A DNA stretch of 64,000 nucleotides from the NCBI GenBank assembly GCA_036267755.1, contig DATAVK010000134.1, positions 2,799 through 66,798 on the forward strand, in the 5' to 3' direction. The notes beneath the pieces are model-generated. The model worked only from the letters and a program-made list of their open reading frames with translations, made no database searches and was not told where the DNA came from. Positions 37,601 to 46,270 of this stretch are shown piece after piece (within the stretch, counting starts at the first letter, position 1; each line of letters begins with the position of its first letter). Source of the stretch: Mycobacteriales bacterium (GTDB taxonomy: Bacteria > Actinomycetota > Actinomycetes > JAFAQI01). Position numbers and translations under genes: made by a program.

Positions 37601-38368
37601 CTCCGCGCCGCGCTCGCCGACGGCTCGCTTCGCGTCGAATACCAACCCAAGATCCGACTGGGCGGCGGTGAGGTGGTCGGGTTCGAGGCGCTGGTCCGCT
37701 GGCGACACCCGGAGATGGGACCGATCTCGCCCGACGAGTTCGTTCCGTTGGCCGAGGCCACCGGCTTGATCTCCGCCCTGACCAGTACGGTCCTTCGCAC
37801 CGCCCTCAGCACCTGCCGCAGCTGGCACGACGCCGGCAAGCCGGTCGGAATCGCCGTCAACATCTCGGCCCGCAGCCTGGACGACCCCGTGCTTGTCGGG
37901 CAGGTCGCCGCCATGCTCACGGCCTGCGGCCTCGAGCCCCGCTGGCTCACCCTGGAGATCACCGAGAGCAGCGTCATGGAGAACCATGAGCGCAGCCTCG
38001 AGGTGTTGCGACAGCTCCGGATGCTCGGCGTCCGGCTCTCGATCGACGACTTCGGTACCGGCTACTCCTCGCTCCACCAGCTCCGCGGCCTGCCGGTCCA
38101 CGAGGTCAAGATCGATCGATCGTTCGTCGAGGTGGTGGACGGCGACGGAGCGGACCGCGCCGTGGTCCGCGCGGTCGTCGAGCTGTGCGTTTCACTCGGC
38201 CTGACGTCCGTGGCGGAGGGCGTAGAAAAGGCCTCCCAGGCCTACGCACTCGAATCGCTCGGTGTCGACCAGGTCCAGGGGTTCTTCCACAGTCGGCCGA
38301 TGGCGCCCGGCGCTGCCCTCGAGTGGCTGCTGCCTCGGCGCGTCGTCAGCATCCCGATCAACAACTAG
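34628..38368 (+). CDS. fusion protein: MFS transporter domain, polytopic sensor region, GAF, degenerate GGDEF and EAL (probable c-di-GMP phosphodiesterase)
   Basis: 1246 aa from the ATG at 34628 (SD AGGAAGG). The N-terminal ~410 aa is MFS_3/EntS-like (12 TM). About 7-8 further TM helices follow. The GGDEF site reads GSDQF. EAL motifs are intact (EALVRW, DDFGTGYSSL, KIDRSF, AEGVE, QGF). Confidence 0.85.
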   Translation: MTDTQAPRRITFRDTLRNREFRAMFFAESLSMVGNQLALVAVALLIYSRTHSALYSALTYAVGYAPWLLVGPILSAYADRLPRRTVLVVCDFLRAVLVLALILPGLPTAVTLALLFLIALLDPPFLSARAALLPDVVGEGPMYAASANLSNLTIQLGTVAGLALGGLVVAVSGVRTALLADAATFVLSAVLMQFCVRHRPAPLTGTSALWADVRAGALVVFREPKLRWLVLTTWLISAACIAPYAVAVPYARAHGYGSLTAGLLAAAVPFGGVLGALLLARILPLRAAEPLMLPMALLTPLLLAITAADPRPELVGPLWVVAGITSAMMLTANRVFVVSVPSEMRGRAFGIAVAGLMGAQGLGALLAGLIAQHVGSALAVADLALPVFAMVVIVSLTSAFSPEGDRPMNSENTAHDEDSTMPAASRRPALRVWALNAVLVLFSALAFFGLSGHSTYLDINLSPWWLLFLFVIGMAYPVSFEFRKQSMIISFETVPLICGLLFLSPFTLIAIRVFAVLVTDAAIRRLPVVRWVFNCGLTAICTYLSIELFSLFSGGQHQAHPGIWPAIFASVVAGEVCSVLLVGVAVGLTDHTWKPIESLRVLAFAIPVNVVAACLGLLAAAALTYDVATAWAISIFLLLSVGAMQVYHRLSQRAAALDRLYAVAREMGPIAADPADLAPALTQLRRIMRADELELSVTTSADRSFATVVTVFDDENSGGEGVSVMKRALDDEMEASLDPRFKARLWLPRSRRSRQEADRLSTRVSSGDRTLGVLSAIGRTDQTATFESSDLHLLEAAADQLATALEKGRLVESLRRAATRDALTGLANLESLRSFLATMLDTGTGGVLLLLDIDRFHDVNDMLGHDAGDAVLVEVARRLESSPSHGALTARVGSDQFALAIPGAAGSEVARLAALAVKSRVDGSLRFADVSADVRVTVGVARSPDHGHDAPTLLRRAEMAMTVAKGTSSGIGEWEPSYERDGSRRLQLLAGLRAALADGSLRVEYQPKIRLGGGEVVGFEALVRWRHPEMGPISPDEFVPLAEATGLISALTSTVLRTALSTCRSWHDAGKPVGIAVNISARSLDDPVLVGQVAAMLTACGLEPRWLTLEITESSVMENHERSLEVLRQLRMLGVRLSIDDFGTGYSSLHQLRGLPVHEVKIDRSFVEVVDGDGADRAVVRAVVELCVSLGLTSVAEGVEKASQAYALESLGVDQVQGFFHSRPMAPGAALEWLLPRRVVSIPINN

Positions 38369-38381
38369 TCCAGAAACGCCA

Positions 38382-38427
38382 GAGGGGCCCAGGTCGGCGC
38401 GTTAGTCACCGACTTCTGGCCCCTCGT
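38382..38427. terminator. extended GC-rich hairpin downstream of the fusion gene (no U-tract)
   Basis: GAGGGGCCCAGGTCGG-loop-CCGACTTCTGGCCCCTC. An outer stem GAGGGGCC(C)AG/CTGGCCCCTC encloses the inner stem GTCGG/CCGAC. It lies 14 nt after the stop codon. Confidence 0.5.
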
Positions 38428-38680
38428 GAGCGTACGGGCGAATGCTCAGCCCCAGCGAACGATCTGTGTCATGGTTCCTCCTCTGCGGCCGATCCGGTCC
38501 TGAGGCCAGTGTGGGCCATTTGGCCTAACTGCGCTAGCCCGATCAGAGTATCGGATGCTCACAGGGTGTCACCAAAAACGGACACTTTGGCTGATTTGTC
38601 GACGGCGCGGAGCAATGGACTGCTCCAAATGGCTCAAGGTGGTACGCAATCGTGCCGATATGTCAGCCGAACGGTGCCGT

Positions 38681-39514
38681 CTACCGACCGCCAGGGGTCG
38701 AACCGCGTTCGGCGTCGGACTCACGGTGTGTGACTGCCCACGCCTTGGCCCGCTCGATGACCGCGTCGAGCATGGGCTCGGTCAACCGGCCGGTGAAGGT
38801 ATTCTGCTGGCTCGGGTGGTAGCACCCCAGAACGAGCAGGCCATCAAGCTCGACCTCGGCACGATGACCGAACCGTCGGGCGGGGCGAGGTACGGCGTAC
38901 CCGAGGTCCCTCAGGACCGGCCACAGCGCGCCCCAGGCGAACCCGCCCAGTACGACGATGACCCGAAGCCGCGGCCTCAGTAGCGCGAGCTCACGCTGCA
39001 TCCACGGCCGGCAGGTGTCTCGCTCCTGAGGAGTCGGTGAGTTCGCCGGCGGCGCGCACCGGACAGCGGCGAACATCCGTACGTCGATGAGCTCCTGCCC
39101 GTCATCGGCACGCTCCGAGGTCGGGAGCGTGGCCAGGCCGCCTCGATACAGCGCCGCGAACAGCCAGTCGCCGCTGCGATCCCCGGTGAAGACGCGGCCG
39201 GTGCGGTTCCCGCCGTGCGCCGCGGGGGCGAGTCCGACAATCGCGATAGCTGGCCGGTCAGCGCCCCAGCCGGGGATCGGGCGGCCCCAGTACGGCTCGT
39301 CGCGGAAGCTGGCGCGCTTGTCCGCCGCCACCCGCTCGCGCCACTCAACGAGTCGCGGACACGCTCGGCACACCGAAATCATCGCGGTGAGCGGCTCGAG
39401 GGCACTTGCCGTCCGGGCCAGCCGCGCCACGGCGAGCGCGTCGGTCGCCACCGGCGTCGAGGGGTCCGCGAGGTCCCCGGGCCATCCGGCACCCGGCTTC
39501 GCCACCACTGGCAC
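38681..39514 (-). CDS. uracil-DNA glycosylase superfamily, family 5 (UdgB-like)
   Basis: Motif GLAPAAHGGNRTGRVFTGD (family 5 has GLAPA where family 4 has GEAPG) and an Fe-S Cys context CRACPRL. Confidence 0.85.
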   Translation of the reverse strand: MPVVAKPGAGWPGDLADPSTPVATDALAVARLARTASALEPLTAMISVCRACPRLVEWRERVAADKRASFRDEPYWGRPIPGWGADRPAIAIVGLAPAAHGGNRTGRVFTGDRSGDWLFAALYRGGLATLPTSERADDGQELIDVRMFAAVRCAPPANSPTPQERDTCRPWMQRELALLRPRLRVIVVLGGFAWGALWPVLRDLGYAVPRPARRFGHRAEVELDGLLVLGCYHPSQQNTFTGRLTEPMLDAVIERAKAWAVTHRESDAERGSTPGGR

Positions 39515-39566
39515 ATCCCACCACGATGTTCACCACGCGACGCGACCGCTCTGCCACCATGCACCC

Positions 39567-40280
39567 ATGCCCGGATCTGCGCGGACGGCGGTATCGCGGT
39601 CCCTTGGCGCCGACGCCGATCACGGCCCGATCCCGATGATCCTGCTCCTGCTCACGATCGTCACGGGGGTGGTCGACGCGGTCAGCATCCTCGCCCTGGG
39701 ACGGGTATTCGTCGCCAACATGACCGGCAACGTGGTGTTCATCGGCTTCGCCCTAGCGAAGGCGCCCGGTTTCTCGCTCGCCGCCTCGCTATCGGCCTTG
39801 GCAGGGTTCATCGTCGGCGCAAATATCGGCGGCTGGCTCGACGAGCCACCCCCCGGTCGAGCCGCTGAGCTGCTGCGGACCGGCCTCGTCATCGAGGTGG
39901 TCCTGCTCGGAGCGGCGCTCATCGTTGCCGCGGTGGCGCCACACCCGCTCGGTAACGCAATCCGGGACGTCGTGGCGGGTCTAGCGGCCGTCGCGCTCGG
40001 AACCCAGAACGCCGTCGTACGCCGGTTGAAGGTCCCGGACCTCACGACAACCGTGCTGACGATGACGCTGGTCGGCATCGCCTCGGAGATCCGCTCTCAG
40101 CCGTCATCGGTGACCGTGCGACGCGTCCTGTCCGTCGCCTCGATGCTGCTGGGCGCCGTGGTGGGCGCGCTGCTCGTCATCCATGTGTCGTCGACCGCCG
40201 GCCTGGCTCTCGCTGTCTCGCTGCTGGTCGTCGCGCTCGTAGCGACGATCATCGCGGTCCGCGCGGCTCGAGCGGCTTGA
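39567..40280 (+). CDS. YoaK/DUF1275 family membrane protein
   Basis: 237 aa from the ATG at 39567 (LLLLTIVTGVVDAVSILALGRVFVANMTGNVVF). Confidence 0.8.
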   Translation: MPGSARTAVSRSLGADADHGPIPMILLLLTIVTGVVDAVSILALGRVFVANMTGNVVFIGFALAKAPGFSLAASLSALAGFIVGANIGGWLDEPPPGRAAELLRTGLVIEVVLLGAALIVAAVAPHPLGNAIRDVVAGLAAVALGTQNAVVRRLKVPDLTTTVLTMTLVGIASEIRSQPSSVTVRRVLSVASMLLGAVVGALLVIHVSSTAGLALAVSLLVVALVATIIAVRAARAA

Positions 40281-40689
40281 TCCAGCGCGACCACTCTGGC
40301 TGCCGCCGATAGCCCAACCGCGCCCACACCGGGTGCGCCGAGTCGTTCTCGTCGAGCACCATCGCGTCGACCCGGCCGAGGCCGAACCCACGAAACCTGT
40401 GCTCCGCCGCCTCCACAAGGCGCCGCGCGATGCCCTGTCCGCGGGTCTCGGGCGCCACCGCGAGCCGGTAAAGGTGGCCGCGCCAGCCGTCCCAGCCGGC
40501 GACCAGGGTCCCGACGATCCGCTCACCGTCGACCGCCAGCATCAACGCGGCCGGATCTCGCGCGATGAGCGCACGCACCGCTGTTTCGCTGTCGGGTGGC
40601 CGATGCGCGTCCTCGGCCGCCACCGACCAGAACTCGAGCACGGTGGCCACATCGGCATCGACCGCCGGACGCAACGTCGGCCTAGGCAA
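40249..40689 (-). CDS. GNAT family N-acetyltransferase
   Basis: 146 aa with acetyl-CoA binding segment RGQGIARRLVEAAE. Confidence 0.85.
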   Translation of the reverse strand: MPRPTLRPAVDADVATVLEFWSVAAEDAHRPPDSETAVRALIARDPAALMLAVDGERIVGTLVAGWDGWRGHLYRLAVAPETRGQGIARRLVEAAEHRFRGFGLGRVDAMVLDENDSAHPVWARLGYRRQPEWSRWIKPLEPRGPR

Positions 40690-41602
40690 TCGAGAACGCG
40701 ATGCCGTCGAGGATGTCGTGTTCGCTCGCCATCACGGCGTCGAACCCGCATCGGCGCATGATTGTCTCCAGCACGAGGGCACCGCCCCCAATGACGTCGA
40801 CCCGACCCGGGTGCATCACCGGCATCGCGGCACGTTCCGCACGGGTGGCGGCGAGCAGCCTCTGGGTGACCTCCGTCACCTGCTCGATCGAGACACTCCG
40901 ATGGTGAATCCGGTCCGGTTCGTAGCGGCTGAGGCCAAGAGCCAACGCTACGACCGTCGTGACCGAACCGGCGAGACCGACCAGGGTGCGGGCCGCCTCG
41001 ATCGCCACTGCCTCGCCGGCCACGTCGATGGCCGCCTCGATATCGGCGGTCGCGGCCGCGATCTGCTCCGCGGTCGGTGGGTCATCACGCAGGTGTCGTT
41101 CCGTCAGGCGGACGCACCCGATGTCGACCGATCGTGCCTGGCGCGGACCCTCGTCGTCGCCCAGCACGAACTCCGTCGACCCACCGCCGATGTCCACGAC
41201 GAGGTACGGCGATGCCAGCCCGCTCCCCCGCAGCTCACGCGTCGCCCCGTCGAAGGACAGCCCGGCCTCCTGGTCGCCCGTGATGACCTCGGGCGGGACC
41301 CCAAGCCGCTCCCGCACCCCGTCGACAAACACGTCTCGGTTGGCGGCGTCCCGGGTCGCGCTGGTCGCCACCATGCGGATCCGGCTCACGTCGCCGGTGC
41401 GAATCTGCTCGGCGTACGAGTCGAGCACGCCGAAGGTGCGCCCGAGCGCCGCCTCGGACAGCCGGCCGGTGCGGTCGACCCCCTCGCCGAGCCGGACGAT
41501 CTCCATCCGGCGTACGACGTCGACGAGTCGGTCACCGTCGATGTCGGCGATGAGCAGCCGCAGTGAGTTGGTCCCGCAGTCCAGCGCTGCCACCCGGTTC
41601 AC
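40682..41602 (-). CDS. ppx: exopolyphosphatase/guanosine pentaphosphatase family (Ppx/GppA)
   Basis: 306 aa from the GTG at 41602 (VNRVAALDCGTNSLRLL, VVDIGGGSTE). GTGA overlap with the DUF501 stop. Confidence 0.9.
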   Translation of the reverse strand: MNRVAALDCGTNSLRLLIADIDGDRLVDVVRRMEIVRLGEGVDRTGRLSEAALGRTFGVLDSYAEQIRTGDVSRIRMVATSATRDAANRDVFVDGVRERLGVPPEVITGDQEAGLSFDGATRELRGSGLASPYLVVDIGGGSTEFVLGDDEGPRQARSVDIGCVRLTERHLRDDPPTAEQIAAATADIEAAIDVAGEAVAIEAARTLVGLAGSVTTVVALALGLSRYEPDRIHHRSVSIEQVTEVTQRLLAATRAERAAMPVMHPGRVDVIGGGALVLETIMRRCGFDAVMASEHDILDGIAFSIA

Positions 41603-42095
41603 GTCGGACCCGCCTCGTCGCCGGCCGAGACGCAAGGTCCGTCGGCACCCCAGTCGGGCAGCAGGGCCAGCGCCTCGTCGCCGAGCGGGTTGACGCCGGG
41701 TCCGACCGCGAGCGCGTGGGCCACGAGCACGTGCAGGCATTTGACCCGCGTCGGCATCCCTCCCGCGGACACCTCCGTGCCCAACGGCGCGAGCGCGTCG
41801 CGGCGGGCCAGATAGTCGGCGTGCGCGTCCCGGTACGCCGCAGCCAGCTCGCCGTCGGTGGCCAGCCGTTCGGTCATCTCGCGCATCAAGCCGGACGCCT
41901 CGAGCCGTCCGACGGCCGAACGAGCCCGCGGGCAGGTCAAGTAGTACAAGGTCGGGAACGGCGTACCGTCCTCGAGCCGCGGGGAGGTCTCGACGACGTC
42001 GGGCAGACCGCAGTCACATCGGTGCGCCACTGCTCGGGTCGCGCGCGGTGGCCGGTGGAGCTGTTCGGCGACGACGGCGAGATCGGCCGGGTCGA

Positions 42096-42099
<4 letters not shown>
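41599..42099 (-). CDS. DUF501 domain protein (Rv1025-like)
   Basis: 166 aa from the GTG at 42099 (AVAHRCDCGLPDVVETSPRLEDGTPFPTLYYLTCP). Confidence 0.8.
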
Positions 42100-43888
<1,789 letters not shown>

Positions 43889-43982
43889 TCAGCGGCTCCT
43901 TGCCGACGGGGAAGCATGCGGTCAGGCGCAAACCACCCTAATCTCCGGCCTGGTGTCCAGCCCGTGCGACCCGCCGTAAGCC

Positions 43983-44864
43983 TCATACCGCCGGAGTCGT
44001 GCGCCCGTCCCTCGTCGCCGCAGCCTGGGACGGCACCTCCACGTAAGCGCTGTCAATGTCGGCATCGGTCTCGCGAAGTGCGAAGCAGGACGCGGCGGCG
44101 ATCAGCGACAGCAGCATGAGTGCGCCGAAGACGAAGCCACCCACGACGTCCATGCCCCAGTGCTTGATGAGGTAGATCCGGGTATACCCCTCGGTGAAGG
44201 CCAGTGCCGCGAGCACCGTCCAACCCGTGACGCGCCAAGCGCGACTGATCCGGGGCCAGGTGAGCAGCACAAGGAAGAACACCGTGCCGTAGACGGTGAT
44301 GAGCCGGGCACAACCGCCGGAGGGATAGGACCCGAAGTCCGGGAACGTGGTGGCCGGTCGCGCGACGACCGCTTTGAGCACCATCTGGCCGGCCTTCTCC
44401 ATACCGAAGGCCGCGACGATCAGTAGCGGCGGGATCCACCAGCCACGTCGCGCGATCGCCCACAGGGCTCCGAAAACGACGATGGCCACGACGCAGATCA
44501 CCTTGATCTCCGGCCGGTTGCCCATCAGCGTGAGCCCGCTGTTGAGGTGATGCCAGGTGCCGTGGGTGCTCACGTGCCGCTGGGTCCAGCGGATGAAAGG
44601 TGCGTCGATATTCGATTTGTACCGACGCGCGAACCGGCCCAACGGCCAGCAGACCGCGATGGTGGCGGCAGCTCCCGCGAACAGGATGGCCAGCGCCGCC
44701 AGGTGGTTGCCGAGCTGGTCGCGACAGGTCTCCCGAACGACGACAAGGCGATTGAGGCCGCGACGAACGGCTGGTTGCTGCGATGGGTGAAGGCGCCCTA
44801 CCGTCCCCCCGACGACCACGATGATCGCGATCCCGGCTACGAAGAGGGCGAAGGCCAAAGTCAT
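43983..44864 (-). CDS. PAP2-like membrane protein with partly degenerate phosphatase motifs
   Basis: 293 aa, polytopic. C3 motif present (TRIYLIKHWGMDVVGG = R-x5-H-x3-D). C2 reads PSGG instead of PSGH. C1 is only approximate (KAVVARP). Confidence 0.6.
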   Translation of the reverse strand: MTLAFALFVAGIAIIVVVGGTVGRLHPSQQPAVRRGLNRLVVVRETCRDQLGNHLAALAILFAGAAATIAVCWPLGRFARRYKSNIDAPFIRWTQRHVSTHGTWHHLNSGLTLMGNRPEIKVICVVAIVVFGALWAIARRGWWIPPLLIVAAFGMEKAGQMVLKAVVARPATTFPDFGSYPSGGCARLITVYGTVFFLVLLTWPRISRAWRVTGWTVLAALAFTEGYTRIYLIKHWGMDVVGGFVFGALMLLSLIAAASCFALRETDADIDSAYVEVPSQAAATRDGRTTPAV

Positions 44865-45152
44865 GGGATCGAGCCAAGCATAAAAGTACGACCCGCCGCA
44901 GACGCTCTCCCAGGTTCACCCGGTCGAGGTATCAAGTCGTCGCAAGCCCCGTGACGCCGACGTGTCGGATCACGACACGATGTGGGGTTCGCGACTGGTT
45001 GTCTACCGATGACAATAGGCCGAACGGAGGAGTGAAAGTTACTCCTTCGAGCTGTTCAGAATGCGTGCGGCGACATGCCTCGATGAGCGAGAATGATGTC
45101 GATCTCGCCGCGGTAGCCCACCCGGCAGGCAAGAATCGAAGGCCAGACGCAG

Positions 45153-45707
45153 ATGTCATCGCAGCTCGAGGAGAGGTCCGTACCGACTGCCCCAGCGGGC
45201 AGGGTGCCGACGCAGCAGACCATCGACCGGACTGCGGCCGAGTCGCCACGCGTCGCCGAGCGGGTCATGTTCGTCGCGTCGAACGGCGGCCATCTCGCCC
45301 AGCTGCTGGCTCTCCAGGTGTGGTGGAAGGACCGGACCCGGATGTGGGTCTCCTTCGACAAGCCCGACGCCCGTTCCCAGCTCGAAGGCGAGCAGACGAT
45401 CTGGGCGCACTGGCCGACAACCCGCAACGTCCCGAACCTGCTCCGCAACCTCTGGCTCGCCGCGCGGACCATCCGGCGCGAGCGCCCCGAGGTCGTCGTA
45501 TCGACCGGCGCTGCGGTCGCACTGCCGTTCTTCGTGATCGCTCGACTGCTGGGGATCCCAACGGTCTTCATCGAGGTGTATGACCGGGTCGACTCCCGGA
45601 CCCTGTCGGGTCGGCTATGCCGGCCCTTCACCACCGCCTTCCTGGTGCAGTGGCCGGAGCAAGAGGCGCTCTACCCGGGTGCCATCGTCGTTGGACCACT
45701 GCTGTGA
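45153..45707 (+). CDS. Alg14-like (PssD-type) glycosyltransferase membrane-anchor subunit
   Basis: VASNGGHLAQLL, VVSTGAAVALPFFVIARLLGIPTVFIE. An alternative start at 45267 would give 146 aa. Confidence 0.72.
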   Translation: MSSQLEERSVPTAPAGRVPTQQTIDRTAAESPRVAERVMFVASNGGHLAQLLALQVWWKDRTRMWVSFDKPDARSQLEGEQTIWAHWPTTRNVPNLLRNLWLAARTIRRERPEVVVSTGAAVALPFFVIARLLGIPTVFIEVYDRVDSRTLSGRLCRPFTTAFLVQWPEQEALYPGAIVVGPLL

Positions 45708-46270
45708 GCGCCAGCTACAACGCGCCCCTCGTCCTCGTCACCGTCGGAGGCGACCACCATCCGTTCGAGCGACTGATGACGTGGGTCGAGAACCTCATGC
45801 TGGAAGAGGGTTCGCGGCTGCGCTGCGTCGTCCAGTACGGCACGTCCACGGCGCCGATCGGCGCGGAGTCCCACGAGTACCTCGACCACGCCGAGCTGCT
45901 GGACTTGATGAACTCGGCCCGCGCCGTGGTGTCGAGCGGTGGCCCGAGCACGTTGCTGGAAGCCCGCCGGATGGGTCATCGGCCGATCGTCGTACCCCGC
46001 TGGTCGTCACTCGGTGAGCACGTCGACGACCATCAGCGCGCGTTCGCGGCCCGACTCCACGAGGAGAAGGTCGCCGTCCGCGTCGAGTCCGAGCAGGAGT
46101 TCCGGGCCGCCTTGGCGGCGGCGCTCGATGCACCCCGCGTCGTCGTGAACGACATCCAGATGGACACCTTCAAGGCCGTCACGCGGGTGGGCGACATCAT
46201 CGACACCGCCGTACGTGACAGCAGTCGTCGTCGTCGCTGGCACCGGACGCCCGCGGTGGCTCAGCGCTAG
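45704..46270 (+). CDS. Alg13-like (Glyco_tran_28_C, PssE-type) glycosyltransferase catalytic subunit
   Basis: 188 aa from the GTG at 45704 (GTGA overlap). VTVGGDHHPFERLM, VVSSGGPSTLLEARRMGHRPIVVPR, DHQRAFA. Confidence 0.75.
   Translation: MSASYNAPLVLVTVGGDHHPFERLMTWVENLMLEEGSRLRCVVQYGTSTAPIGAESHEYLDHAELLDLMNSARAVVSSGGPSTLLEARRMGHRPIVVPRWSSLGEHVDDHQRAFAARLHEEKVAVRVESEQEFRAALAAALDAPRVVVNDIQMDTFKAVTRVGDIIDTAVRDSSRRRRWHRTPAVAQR

Noticed and set aside
38369-38472. Reading the TGA at 38446-38448 as selenocysteine with the 38382-38427 hairpin as SECIS, which would extend the 8-codon ORF to 35 codons ending at the CTAG shared with the fusion-gene stop.
   Set aside because: There is no redox-type Cys/Sec motif and no sel genes in the window. 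The hairpin is better explained as the terminator of the convergent fusion gene. This remains pure speculation.
33000-38700. Genomic island or prophage integrated at the tRNA-like gene.
   Set aside because: There is no integrase, no direct repeat of the tRNA 3' end that I could see, and the adjacent gene (ndh) is housekeeping. Only the compositional anomaly further downstream is reported.
40249-40280. 32-nt convergent overlap of the YoaK-like and GNAT genes as a regulatory antisense arrangement.
   Set aside because: Short 3'-end overlaps are common in compact high-GC genomes, and there is nothing further to support a specific function.
44951-45583. 210-aa plus-strand ORF spanning the leader and the Alg14-like gene in another frame.
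   Set aside because: It is out of frame with the recognisable Alg14-like sequence, Arg-rich and motif-free. The Alg14-like frame has high GC3 and family motifs.
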